Positions 1 through 9,155 of a stretch of 46,875 bases of DNA are shown here, in pieces; position 1 is the first letter of the stretch, and every line of letters starts with the position of its first letter. The stretch spans positions 13,183-60,057 of the forward strand of contig JBBIOM010000009.1 of assembly GCA_037443365.1 (NCBI GenBank), in the 5' to 3' direction. The DNA comes from Armatimonadota bacterium (GTDB lineage Bacteria > Sysuimicrobiota > Sysuimicrobiia > Sysuimicrobiales > Humicultoraceae). The notes below the pieces were generated by a model, which worked only from the letters and a program-made list of their open reading frames with translations, had not been told where the DNA came from and did no database searches. Both the position numbers and the translations under genes were made by a program.

Positions 1-10
1 CACGCACCCC

Positions 11-1360
11 TCACGCCTGACGCTGAAGGTCGTCCATCAGGCGCTTGACGCTGGCCGCGAGGTGGGCGTCGCGGTGAAGCGCCTCGCGCACGCGCTGGCA
101 GGCGTGCATCACCGTGGTGTGATCGCGGCCGCCGAACTCCTCGCCTATGCGAGGCAGAGAGGCGTCGGTGATCTCGCGCGCCACGTACATGGCCACCTGC
201 CGTGGGAAGGCCACGCCCTTGGTGCGGCGCTTGGCGCGCATCTCCTCTACGCGCAGGCCGAAGAACTCGGCCACCACCTGCTGGATGGAGTGGATGGTGA
301 CGACCCTGGCGCGGGCGGGGGGAAGCAGGTCGCGCAGGACGTCGGCCGCCAGCGTTACGCTGATGGGCGCCCGCGTGAGGGAGGCGTACGCGACGACGCG
401 CACCAGCGCGCCCTCGAGCTCGCGTATGTTTGAGTGGATACGCTGGGCGATGAACTCCGCGACCTCGACGGGCACCACGATGCCCTCGCTCTCGGCCTTC
501 TTGCTCAGGATCGCGATGCGCGTCTCCAGGTCCGGGGGCTGGATGTCGGCGATCAGGCCCCACTCGAAGCGGCTCCGCAGGCGGTCCTCCAGGGTGGGTA
601 TCTCCTTGGGCGGCCGGTCGGACGAGATGATGATCTGGTGATTGGTCTCGTGCAGCGTGTTGAACGTGTGGAAGAACTCCTCCTGCGTGCGCTCCTTGCC
701 GGCCAGGAACTGGATGTCGTCTATCAGCAGGACATCCACGCCGCGGTAGCGCTGCCGGAACTCCAGGGTCTTGTCGTCGCGGATGGAGTTGATCAGCTCG
801 TTCGTGAACTTCTCGCTGCTCACGTACGCGACGCGCGCGATCCCCTCTCCGCGCAGCACCCGGTGCCCGATGGCCTGGAGCAGGTGCGTCTTGCCCAGCC
901 CCACGCCGCCGTAGATGAACAGGGGGTTGTAGGCGCGCGCGGGCGCCTCGGCCACGGCCATCGCCGCGGCGTGGGCGAAGCGGTTGCCGGCCCCCACGAC
1001 GAACGTTTCGAAGGTGTACTTGGGCGAGATGTGGGTCCCCTCGAGCACGCGTGACTGGGAGGGCGCCGCCTGGTGGGCGGAAGGCGCAGGAGGCGCGGGC
1101 GCGGCCTCGACGACCGAGATGCGCACTCCCACGTCGCGCCCGACCACGCCGCGCAGCGCCCGACGGATGGGCTCTGTCAGGCGCTGCTCCACCCACTCCT
1201 TGGCGAAGCGGTTGGGCACGGCGAAGTGAAAGACGTCGCCCTGGAGACCGACGGGACGCATCACCCGCAGAAACGATTCGAGGGTGGGCTTGTTTAGCTG
1301 TCCTTCCATCCTGCGCAGCGCCTCGGCCCACAGCTCTGCGGGAGAGACTTCGATCGTCAC
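11..1360 (-). CDS. dnaA: Chromosomal replication initiator DnaA
   Basis: Walker A YGGVGLGKT, LLIDDIQFL, RELEGAL, domain IV FGGRDHTTV. Start moved to GTG at 1360, preceded by AGAGGAG. Confidence 0.98.
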   Translation of the reverse strand: MTIEVSPAELWAEALRRMEGQLNKPTLESFLRVMRPVGLQGDVFHFAVPNRFAKEWVEQRLTEPIRRALRGVVGRDVGVRISVVEAAPAPPAPSAHQAAPSQSRVLEGTHISPKYTFETFVVGAGNRFAHAAAMAVAEAPARAYNPLFIYGGVGLGKTHLLQAIGHRVLRGEGIARVAYVSSEKFTNELINSIRDDKTLEFRQRYRGVDVLLIDDIQFLAGKERTQEEFFHTFNTLHETNHQIIISSDRPPKEIPTLEDRLRSRFEWGLIADIQPPDLETRIAILSKKAESEGIVVPVEVAEFIAQRIHSNIRELEGALVRVVAYASLTRAPISVTLAADVLRDLLPPARARVVTIHSIQQVVAEFFGLRVEEMRAKRRTKGVAFPRQVAMYVAREITDASLPRIGEEFGGRDHTTVMHACQRVREALHRDAHLAASVKRLMDDLQRQA

Positions 1361-1400
1361 GGCCGGCTCCTCTCTGTGCCCGATGCCCTGCTCCCAGTTC

Positions 1401-2192
1401 CTAGGACTTGAAGACCTCGTCGAGGAAGGCGACCCCATCCTCGGTCAGCGTGCGCTTTCCGTGTCCCTTTCCGGTGGCAAGACGCAGGCGTTCCAGGGCC
1501 TGAAGCTCGCGGTACGCGGTGCTGTGGCTGATGCCGAGCTCGTTGGCGATCGTGGTGGGGCCCACCGCCCCCAGCTCGGCGACCAGCAGCAGCACCTTCT
1601 TCTGGCGCGTCGTGATGGAAGGGGCCGGACGGGCCGGCGGCTCCGGGAGTGCTGCCGGCGCGGGATGGTCCTGCTGCACGCGCAGCGTGATAACGGTGCC
1701 GTGGTCCAGGTTGTCCTCTATGGAGAGCGTGCCGCCCAGGAACTGCATCTGCTCCTTTGCGACGGGCAGCCCGCTGCCCACGCCGCGGATGAGGCGGCGC
1801 ATCTCGGCGGTGGCGGTGGAGAAGCCCGGCATCACCGCGCGCTCCTTGTCGGCGATCCCCGGCCCCTGGTCGGCGACGCGTATGGTGTTGCCGTCGTCGA
1901 GGACAGTGATCGTGGCGTTGTGGAAGTAGGCGTGTATCAAGTTCTCGACGATCTCCTTGATGACGACGAACGGGACCCGCCCTCCGCGCTCGCGCGACAC
2001 GGCGTACGTGCGCGCCGCCAGTTCGCCGACGAGCGTATTGAAGTCATCTCCCCGCAGCGAGATGACCCGCGGGGTCGCGAGCGGCGAGTCGTACACCGCC
2101 AGGCGCACCTCTGGCCCGGCCTCGCCACCGGCGTGCGGCGAGTCGGAGCGCCGCTCATCGAGCAACCGCGCGATGATATCCCTGATGGACAT
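1401..2192 (-). CDS. GHKL/HATPase_c ATP-binding protein with C-terminal winged HTH, no HisKA domain
   Basis: N-box EIVENLIHA, G1 DQGPGI, PGFST, G2 GVGSGL; Pro-rich linker; HTH GPTTIANELGISHSTAYRELQAL. ATG at 2192 after GGGGA. Confidence 0.85.
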   Translation of the reverse strand: MSIRDIIARLLDERRSDSPHAGGEAGPEVRLAVYDSPLATPRVISLRGDDFNTLVGELAARTYAVSRERGGRVPFVVIKEIVENLIHAYFHNATITVLDDGNTIRVADQGPGIADKERAVMPGFSTATAEMRRLIRGVGSGLPVAKEQMQFLGGTLSIEDNLDHGTVITLRVQQDHPAPAALPEPPARPAPSITTRQKKVLLLVAELGAVGPTTIANELGISHSTAYRELQALERLRLATGKGHGKRTLTEDGVAFLDEVFKS

Positions 2193-2306
2193 TGAGTCCC
2201 CGCTGCGCCGGAATGGGTTAGCCACCGGTTCGCCGACTCCTACCCCCGGGCCTGTCGAGCACGGGATTTCACGCCCATCCCCCGACGGGCAGCGGAACGG
2301 CACGGG

Positions 2307-2556
2307 TGTGGACAACCCTGTCCGGGCTCACAAGGGATTCGCGCCTCGACACCCTGCCTCCTCTGTCCGGCGCGAGCCCGAAGACTCAGGCCAGAAGCAG
2401 GCCGCGCGCGTTATCCACAGGTGTGGAAAACCCTGTGGACAAGGCGTGGGCTTCCAGGCGCGTTTGCGCCGATTCGGGCGCCTCCCGCCTGCCCTGGCCG
2501 GCCCCACCCGGGACGCGCGCGCGCAAACATGTGGACAAGAAAGGGGGTTGCCCACA
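2307..2556. other. DnaA-box cluster (putative oriC element)
   Basis: TGTGGACAA 2307-2315, TTATCCACA 2411-2419, TGTGGAAAA 2422-2430, TGTGGACAA 2434-2442, TGTGGACAA 2530-2538, TTGCCCACA 2548-2556. Gene orientation diverges here. Confidence 0.85.
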
Positions 2557-2611
2557 GGATACGCGCACCCGGCGTGTGCCGGCCCAGATGGATCCGAGGC
2601 ACTACACGGCG

Positions 2612-2640
2612 TTGCCGCCCCAGGAGTGCCGTGCTATAGT
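2612..2640 (+). promoter_or_regulatory. Sigma70-type promoter of the rpmH operon
   Basis: TTGCCG-N17-TATAGT with extended -10 TG. Confidence 0.65.
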
Positions 2641-2668
2641 TTGTCTGTTCTGCCACGGAGGATCCCGA

Positions 2669-2809
2669 GTGAAGAGAACCTTTCAACCGAAGAAGCGGAA
2701 GCGCGCGCGCACACACGGCTTTCGAGCACGCATGAGCACCCCGGGCGGGAGGCGGACGCTGAAGCGCCGTCGAGCAAAGGGAAGGCACCGGCTGAGCGCC
2801 TCCGGGTAG
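2669..2809 (+). CDS. rpmH: 50S ribosomal protein L34
   Basis: [25 protein letters not shown] start after GGAGGA. Confidence 0.97.
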   Translation: MKRTFQPKKRKRARTHGFRARMSTPGGRRTLKRRRAKGRHRLSASG

Positions 2810-2817
2810 GGCGCAAG

Positions 2818-3180
2818 GTGCCCGCCCCGCGGCTCGGCCGTCTCTCGCGGGAGGAAGACTTTCGCCGCGTGTACCGCGAAGGCTCCCGATGTACGACCGC
2901 GCTCCTTGTGCTACACGCCCGGCCCAGCGGCACCGGATGCGTGCGCCTGGGGCTGGCCGTGAATAAGGGCTTCGGCATCGCCGTTCTGCGCAACCGGATC
3001 CGCCGGCGCCTGCGCGAGGCGGTTGGTGCCGAGCAGGGGCGCATGGAAGTCGGGGCCGACATCGTGGTGATCCCGCGGCGCCCGGCCGCAGCAGCGAAGT
3101 ACGCTGATCTTCGCGCTGCCGTGGGCGCGGCCCTGGAGCGGCTTGGCATGTGCCGCACGGCGGAGGCAAGAAGCCGATGA
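2818..3180 (+). CDS. rnpA: Ribonuclease P protein component
   Basis: [25 protein letters not shown] (RNR motif); follows rpmH. Start approximate. Confidence 0.92.
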   Translation: MPAPRLGRLSREEDFRRVYREGSRCTTALLVLHARPSGTGCVRLGLAVNKGFGIAVLRNRIRRRLREAVGAEQGRMEVGADIVVIPRRPAAAAKYADLRAAVGAALERLGMCRTAEARSR

Positions 3181-3386
3181 CGCGCATCCTGCTGGCGCTG
3201 ATAGCCGGGTACAGGCGACTCCTCTCCCCGCTGCTCCCGCGCGTGTGCCGCTTCCACCCGTCGTGCTCCGCGTACGCGGCTGAGGCGATTGAGCGCCACG
3301 GCGCCCTGCGGGGGATTCCACTGGTCGTGCGGCGAATCGCCCGTTGCCATCCGTTCAATCCCGGGGGCTTCGACCCGGTTCCATGA
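3177..3386 (+). CDS. yidD: Membrane protein insertion efficiency factor YidD
   Basis: [10 protein letters not shown]...[18 protein letters not shown] overlap with rnpA. Confidence 0.95.
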   Translation: MTRILLALIAGYRRLLSPLLPRVCRFHPSCSAYAAEAIERHGALRGIPLVVRRIARCHPFNPGGFDPVP

Positions 3387-3407
3387 CGTCTGCGAGGAGG
3401 AAGCCGA

Positions 3408-4124
3408 GTGTTTGAGGCCATCGTGACGCTGCTGCACAGCGTGCTTATGGCGTTCCACGGCGTCACCCAGAGTTACTTCGTCGCGATCGTGCTGCTGACG
3501 ATAGCGATCAAGGTGGTACTGCACCCCCTGACGCGCAAGCAGCTCGGCTCGATGAAGGCGATGCAGGCGCTGGCACCGCAGATGGAGGTGCTGCGGCGCA
3601 AGTACAAGGATGACCCCAAGCAGCTGAACGCGGAGGTGATGAACCTCTATCGGGCCAACAAGGTGAACCCGCTGGGCGGATGCCTGCCCCTGCTGTTACA
3701 GCTGCCGGTGCTCTACGCCCTGTTCGCGCTGCTGCGCAAGCCCAGCCTGTTCGGCGGGGAGACGCTGGGCGGGGTCCCGCTCGAGGCCCACCCGTCGTTC
3801 CAGGTGATCGCCGAGCATCCCATCCTGGTGCTCGTGCCCCTGCTGAGCGGCCTGACCACCTACTACCAGCAGAAGATGTCGATAACAGACCCGCAGCAGG
3901 CCAAAATGTTTATTTTTATGCCGATTATGATCGCGTGGTTCTCCACGCAGTTTCCCCTCGGCCTGTCCGTCTACTGGATCGCCTCGACCGTGGTGTACAT
4001 CGTGGAGTACTTCATCGTGGTCGGAGCGCCCAGGCCCGTGAAGGTGGCGCCCGCCAGGCAGCCGGCCTCCTCGGGCAAGGCCAGGCGCAAGGCCGCAGGC
4101 GGCGCGGGCGGCGACGAGAAGTGA
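3408..4124 (+). CDS. yidC: YidC/Oxa1 membrane protein insertase (short form)
   Basis: NPLGGCLPLLLQLP, GLSVYW; conserved synteny. Confidence 0.95.
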   Translation: MFEAIVTLLHSVLMAFHGVTQSYFVAIVLLTIAIKVVLHPLTRKQLGSMKAMQALAPQMEVLRRKYKDDPKQLNAEVMNLYRANKVNPLGGCLPLLLQLPVLYALFALLRKPSLFGGETLGGVPLEAHPSFQVIAEHPILVLVPLLSGLTTYYQQKMSITDPQQAKMFIFMPIMIAWFSTQFPLGLSVYWIASTVVYIVEYFIVVGAPRPVKVAPARQPASSGKARRKAAGGAGGDEK

Positions 4125-4792
4125 GCAGCGCCGAGGCCTCGGGCCGCACGGTTAGCGAGGCCGTTGCCAGGGCCCTGGAACAGATGGGCGTATCGCGAGA
4201 GGACGTGGACGTCGAGATCCTGCAGGAGCCCAAGGCGGCGCTCCTGGGCTTTGGAGGAAGGGACGCGCGCGTGCGGCTCACCCCGCGTCCAGGAGCCGCC
4301 GAGACCCTCGAGTTGCTGGCCGCGGAAGTCACCCGCCTCATGGGCTTTCAGGCGGCGGTTGAGGCCGACGCGACCGCCGAGGGCCTGGCCGCCACCCTGC
4401 AGGGCCGCGGCCTAGCCCCGCTCATAGGACGCGACGGCCGCACGCTGGACGCGCTCGAGATGCTGCTGGGCCTGCTCCTGCAGCGGCGCCTCGGGCGCAA
4501 GGCCGTGGTGAGCGTGGATGTTCAGGGATACCGCACCGGCCGCGAGAAGGCGGTGCGCGAGGCCGCGCTCCGGGCCGCCGAGCGCGCGGTCAGGGAAGGC
4601 GTGCCAGTTCCCCTCGCGCCCATGAGCGCCCGCGACCGGCGGTGTGCGCACATCGCGCTGAAGGACGATGCCCGGGTCACGACGATGAGCCGCGGAGAGG
4701 ACGTTGCGCGCCACGTCGTGGTGGCGCCGCGCGCAGGAGACGGCCCGCCGGCGCCCCCAACCGCCGAACACGAACCGCTGCCCGAGGAGTGA
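4121..4792 (+). CDS. jag: Jag/EloR (KhpB) RNA-binding protein
   Basis: Jag_N (GRTVSEAV...LLGFG), KH LIGRDGRTLDAL, R3H RDRRCAH; GTGA overlap. Confidence 0.9.
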   Translation: MSSAEASGRTVSEAVARALEQMGVSREDVDVEILQEPKAALLGFGGRDARVRLTPRPGAAETLELLAAEVTRLMGFQAAVEADATAEGLAATLQGRGLAPLIGRDGRTLDALEMLLGLLLQRRLGRKAVVSVDVQGYRTGREKAVREAALRAAERAVREGVPVPLAPMSARDRRCAHIALKDDARVTTMSRGEDVARHVVVAPRAGDGPPAPPTAEHEPLPEE

Positions 4793-5520
4793 ACCCCTCC
4801 CCTTCCCGACTAGAGGCAGGCGCCTCGCTGCTCGGCCTGGAACTGTCTCCGGACGCGATTGATCTGTTCGGACGATTCCTGCGGGAGCTGCTCGCCTGGG
4901 GGGCGCGCCTGAACCTGACCGGCGCCCACGACGCGGCCCAGGTGGAAGGGCTACACTTCCTGGACTCGCTCCTGCCGCTGGCGGCCTGCCCTATGCCGCG
5001 CGGGTGCAGGGTGGTGGACGTGGGCTCGGGCGCCGGGCTTCCCGGCGTACCGCTGAAGATAGCCCGGCCGGATCTCCATCTGACCCTTGTAGAGTCCTCC
5101 CGCCGGCGCGTGGCGTTCTTGGAGCACCTGCGTCTCACGCTCGGGTTGACGGACATCGCTGTCCGCTGGGCGCGGGCCGAAGACCTGGGGCACGATCCAG
5201 GGTTCCGCGAGGTCTTTGACATCGCCCTATCGCGCGCCGCGGCCCGGCTGCGGGCCGCCTGCGAACTCTGCCTCCCGCTTGTATGCATGGGTGGCGCGGC
5301 TGTTCTTCTGCGCGGCCCCAGGGTTTCCGAGGAGATCCGGGCGGCCGAACCGCTCGTGCACGACCTGGGCGGGTCCGTGGAGGCCTGCGCGCTGCGCGAC
5401 CTTCCCACCACCGACCGCCGGCGCGCGGCCCTGGTGATACGCAAGGAGCGCCCGACGCCCGCACTGTACCCCCGGCGCGGCCGGCGCCTGGGCACCGCCC
5501 CTGCGCGCAGGAGGGAATGA
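4789..5520 (+). CDS. rsmG: 16S rRNA m7G527 methyltransferase RsmG
   Basis: NLT, HFLDSL, DVGSGAGLPG, SRA motifs. Confidence 0.95.
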   Translation: MNPSPSRLEAGASLLGLELSPDAIDLFGRFLRELLAWGARLNLTGAHDAAQVEGLHFLDSLLPLAACPMPRGCRVVDVGSGAGLPGVPLKIARPDLHLTLVESSRRRVAFLEHLRLTLGLTDIAVRWARAEDLGHDPGFREVFDIALSRAAARLRAACELCLPLVCMGGAAVLLRGPRVSEEIRAAEPLVHDLGGSVEACALRDLPTTDRRRAALVIRKERPTPALYPRRGRRLGTAPARRRE

Positions 5521-5554
5521 CCGGCCCGGGCGTTGAACCGTCCAGCGGAGAGCC

Positions 5555-6331
5555 GTGCGACGCACAATAGCGATAGTCAACCAGAAGGGCGGGGTCGGTA
5601 AGTCCACGACGGCAGTGAACCTGGGCGCCTGCCTGGCCGCCGACGGGCAGCGCACGCTGCTCGTGGACCTGGACCCGCAGTCCAACGCCACAACCGGGCT
5701 GGGCATCGAGAGGGATGCCGCAGGCGCGTCCACCTATGACGTGCTGATGAACGGCACGGCCCTGCACGACGTGGTCCTCGCCGCCGAGGTTCCCGGGCTC
5801 TACGTCGTGCCCGGCAGCATACACCTGGCCGGGGTCGAGATCGAACTTGCCGGCACCCACGAGCCGGAAAGGCGGCTTGGCAGCGCCCTGGCCGCGGCCG
5901 ACTACCCACTCGTGCTGCTGGACTGCCCGCCAGCGCTGGGGCTGCTGACGGTCAACGCGCTCACCGCGGCGACCGAGGTCCTCGTCCCGATCCAGTGCGA
6001 GTACTACGCCCTAGAAGGCCTGCGGCAGCTCCTCACATCGATCGACCTGGTGCAGAAGCACCTGAACCCAGGCCTTGAGATCGGCGGGGTGTTGCTGACG
6101 ATGTTCGATTCCAGGACCAACCTGTCCGACCAGGTCGCGGGCGAGGTGCGGCGGTTCTTCGGCGGGCTCGTCTTCCAGAGCGTGATCCCTCGCAGCGTGC
6201 GCCTGGCCGAAGCCCCGAGCCACGGCCGCCCGATAACCCTCTACGATCCGGGATCGCGCGGCGCCCAGGCCTATCGCGATCTCGCGCAGGAGGTGATACA
6301 GCGTGGCCGACAGCGCGGCGCCGCCACCTGA
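5555..6331 (+). CDS. parA: ParA/Soj ATPase
   Basis: NQKGGVGKSTT, DLDPQ, DCPP, QCEYYALEG. Confidence 0.97.
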   Translation: MRRTIAIVNQKGGVGKSTTAVNLGACLAADGQRTLLVDLDPQSNATTGLGIERDAAGASTYDVLMNGTALHDVVLAAEVPGLYVVPGSIHLAGVEIELAGTHEPERRLGSALAAADYPLVLLDCPPALGLLTVNALTAATEVLVPIQCEYYALEGLRQLLTSIDLVQKHLNPGLEIGGVLLTMFDSRTNLSDQVAGEVRRFFGGLVFQSVIPRSVRLAEAPSHGRPITLYDPGSRGAQAYRDLAQEVIQRGRQRGAAT

Positions 6332-7202
6332 GCCGCTACGCCAGCCGAGGAAGGCGCTCGGACGGGGGCTGGGCGCCCTGATTCCAGGAGCCGGGCCCGG
6401 GAGCCAGGCCGGAGCGGTAGAGCTGCCCGTTGACAGGATCCGGCCCAACCGCCTGCAGCCTCGCACCGCGTTCGGAGGGGAGTCGCAGGCAGACCTGGAG
6501 GCCTCGATCCGTGAGCACGGCGTGCTGCAGCCGGTGCTGGTGCGGCCTGTCGCGGACGGGTACGAGCTCATCGCCGGGGAGCGCCGGTGGAGGGCCGCCG
6601 CAGGTGCCGGGCTCAGAACGGTGCCAGCCCTGGTCCGCCACCTCGACGACCGCGGCGCCCTGGAGGCATCGCTGGTAGAGAACCTGCAGCGCGAGGACCT
6701 CAACCCGATGGAGCGCGCCGCGGCCTACCGGCGCCTGATGGACGAGTTCGATCTCACCCAGGAGGCCCTGGCGCGGCGCGTGGGCCGGAGCCAGCCGTCC
6801 GTGGCCAACACCCTACGCCTCAACGGGCTCCCGGCCGAAGTGCAGGCCTCGCTCGCCGCAGGGCGAATCACCGAGGGGCACGCGCGCGCCCTGCTGGCCA
6901 TAGGAGACACGCGCCGCCTGCTGTCCGTCTGGAAGGAAGTTGAGGCAAAGGGCCTTTCCGTGCGCGAGACCGAATCCAGGGCGCGCGCACGCGCTATTTC
7001 ACGTGAAATACCGGGGCGAAGGCAGAAGGACGCAGGAGAGATAAGTATTATTGAACAAAGACTGCAAGACGCGCTGGGGACGCAGGTGCGGTTGCACCTG
7101 CGTCGGCAGGGCGCGGGCGAGGTCAGGATCGTCTTCTACTCGCCCGCGGATCTGGAGCGCCTCGTTGAGACGCTGGCACCGCGCCGTGCAGGGCTTCTGT
7201 GA
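6303..7202 (+). CDS. parB: ParB/Spo0J partition protein
   Basis: ALGRGLGAL, IAGERRWRA, ENLQREDLNP, HTH. Confidence 0.97.
   Translation: MADSAAPPPEPLRQPRKALGRGLGALIPGAGPGSQAGAVELPVDRIRPNRLQPRTAFGGESQADLEASIREHGVLQPVLVRPVADGYELIAGERRWRAAAGAGLRTVPALVRHLDDRGALEASLVENLQREDLNPMERAAAYRRLMDEFDLTQEALARRVGRSQPSVANTLRLNGLPAEVQASLAAGRITEGHARALLAIGDTRRLLSVWKEVEAKGLSVRETESRARARAISREIPGRRQKDAGEISIIEQRLQDALGTQVRLHLRRQGAGEVRIVFYSPADLERLVETLAPRRAGLL
6995..7010. other. parS-like centromere site inside parB
   Basis: Perfect 16-bp palindrome TATTTCACGTGAAATA versus consensus TGTTTCACGTGAAACA. Confidence 0.8.
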
Positions 7203-7230
7203 CGGGCACCTCCGGCGATAGGGGGGCGAG

Positions 7231-7824
7231 ATGATGCATGACGATGCGCGCCTGCCAGCGCGCGAACAGGCCTGGGAACTCCTGTGCGAGTGGACTCCCA
7301 CCCCAGGACTGCGCAAGCACATGCTGGCCGTGGAGGCAGCCATGCGCTCCTACGCGCGGCGCTTCGGCGAGGACGAGGCCCTATGGGGGGTGGTGGGGCT
7401 CCTGCACGACCTGGACTACGAGCGCTTTCCCTCGCAGGAGGCCGGGCACCCCATCCGCGGGGCCGAGCACCTGCGCGCCGCGGGGTACCCCGAGGTCGTC
7501 TGCAGGGCGGTGCTGTCGCACGCCGACTACACCGGCGTGCCCAGGCAGTCGCGCATGGAGCAGGCCCTTCACGCCTGCGACGATCTGACCGGGTTCCTCG
7601 TCGCGGTGGCGCTCGTGCGGCCGTCGCGGAGCATCGGCGACGTGGACGCCGCGGCCGTCAGGAGGAAGATGAAGGACAAGGCGTTCGCCCGCGCGGTGGA
7701 CAGGGGCGAGATGCTCCGCGCCGCCGAGGCGCTGGGAGTGCAGTTTGACGAGCACGTCACGCAGGTGATCGAGGCGATGCGCGAAATCGCCTCGGACCTG
7801 GATCTGGCAGGAGAGCAGGGTTAG
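7231..7824 (+). CDS. HD (HDIG-like) metal-dependent phosphohydrolase
   Basis: KHMLAVEAAM, GLLHDLDYE, ACDDLTG. Confidence 0.88.
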   Translation: MMHDDARLPAREQAWELLCEWTPTPGLRKHMLAVEAAMRSYARRFGEDEALWGVVGLLHDLDYERFPSQEAGHPIRGAEHLRAAGYPEVVCRAVLSHADYTGVPRQSRMEQALHACDDLTGFLVAVALVRPSRSIGDVDAAAVRRKMKDKAFARAVDRGEMLRAAEALGVQFDEHVTQVIEAMREIASDLDLAGEQG

Positions 7825-7866
7825 CCCGGCCGGAGCAGGTACGCGTTCCGCAGGGAGGAGCCAGGG

Positions 7867-8583
7867 GTGCAGGGCACGCTCGTGAACGCATTGGCCGTCA
7901 CGGTGGGAGGGCTGGCGGGCGTGGCGCTGCGCCACCGGTTCCCCGAGCGGGCGCGCGAGATCGTCATGACCGGGGTCGGCCTGGCCACCCTGCTCATCGG
8001 GTTTCAGATGGCGCTGCAGACAGCCAACGTGCTGGGCGTCATAGCGAGCCTCGTGGTGGGAGGCCTCATAGGAGAGGCGCTGCACATCGAGGAAGGCATC
8101 GAGGCGCTGGGACGATGGGCAGAGCGGCTCTACGGCACAGAGGCGCAGGAGAGCACGGTGGCCGCGGCCTTCGTCACGAGCAGCCTCCTGTTTTGCGTCG
8201 GGCCCATGACCGTGCTCGGCGCGATCCAGGATGGCCTGGGACAGACGCCCGTGCTGCTCTACACCAAGTCGCTCCTGGACGGCATATCCGCCGTGGCGAT
8301 CGGCGCGGCGCTGGGGGCCGGCGTGCTGCTGTCCGCGGGCACGGTGCTGATCTACCAGGGAGCGCTCACGCTGGCCGCGGGCGCGGTGCACGCCTTCATG
8401 ACAGAGGAGATGACGCGCGAACTCACGTCCACCGGAGGTGTCCTGATCGTGGGGTTGGGCCTGGGGATACTGCGCATCCGCAAGATACGCGTCGGGAGCC
8501 TGCTGCCGGCGCTGGCCGTCTCGGTGCTGCTTACGGCCGCGCTGCCCTACCTGCGCCTCATGGCGCGCGCCCTGGGGTTGTAG
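7867..8583 (+). CDS. DUF554 family membrane protein
   Basis: GTLVN, SLLFCVGPM, KSLLDG; multiple hydrophobic segments. Confidence 0.85.
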   Translation: MQGTLVNALAVTVGGLAGVALRHRFPERAREIVMTGVGLATLLIGFQMALQTANVLGVIASLVVGGLIGEALHIEEGIEALGRWAERLYGTEAQESTVAAAFVTSSLLFCVGPMTVLGAIQDGLGQTPVLLYTKSLLDGISAVAIGAALGAGVLLSAGTVLIYQGALTLAAGAVHAFMTEEMTRELTSTGGVLIVGLGLGILRIRKIRVGSLLPALAVSVLLTAALPYLRLMARALGL

Positions 8584-8671
8584 CGCTCGGCGTGCTGGCG
8601 GGGCGGGCAACAGGAGGTGCGCCCGTGGGCGTGGAAATAGACACTCTCGATTCTGGAGGCGGAACCCCGCG

Positions 8672-9142
8672 ATGCCGTTAGGTTCCAGTCTGTCAATCCC
8701 CGACCTGACCCTGGGCCTGCTCATCGTGACGGGCGTACTGGCGATCGCGGTCGTGGCGATGGCCCTGAGCATCAGGGGTCTCGCGCGACGGGTTGCCGCA
8801 GCCGGCGGCGACCCTGCGCTCCTGGAGCGCGTGGCGGCGCTGCAGCGCGAGGCCGGAGCATGCGCGCGGCAGGTCGAGCATGTAGGGGGCCGCCTGGACC
8901 GCCTGTCCGAGCAGGCGCAGGGAAGCCTGCAGCGCACCGGCCTGGTTAGGTACGACGCCTTTCGGGAGATGGGGGGCCACCTGAGTTTCAGCCTGGCGCT
9001 GCTCGACGCGCGCAAGGACGGGGTTGTGCTAAGCGTGCTGAACGACCGTGACGGGGCGCGCGCGTACGCCAAGCCTGTTGTCGGCGGGCGCTCCACCTAC
9101 ACACTATCGGAGGAAGAGCAGCGCGCCATCGACGAGGCATAG
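8672..9142 (+). CDS. DUF4446-like membrane-anchored protein
   Basis: N-terminal TM, coiled coil, GLVRYDAF..GG.LSFSLALLD, YAKP, LSEEE. Confidence 0.8.
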   Translation: MPLGSSLSIPDLTLGLLIVTGVLAIAVVAMALSIRGLARRVAAAGGDPALLERVAALQREAGACARQVEHVGGRLDRLSEQAQGSLQRTGLVRYDAFREMGGHLSFSLALLDARKDGVVLSVLNDRDGARAYAKPVVGGRSTYTLSEEEQRAIDEA

Positions 9143-9155
9143 GCGCGCGGCGTAT

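Noticed and set aside
1957-2817. Long N-terminal extensions of rnpA and rpmH frames across the origin
   Set aside because: Run-on open frames; real starts with RBS and family N-termini lie at 2669 and about 2818.
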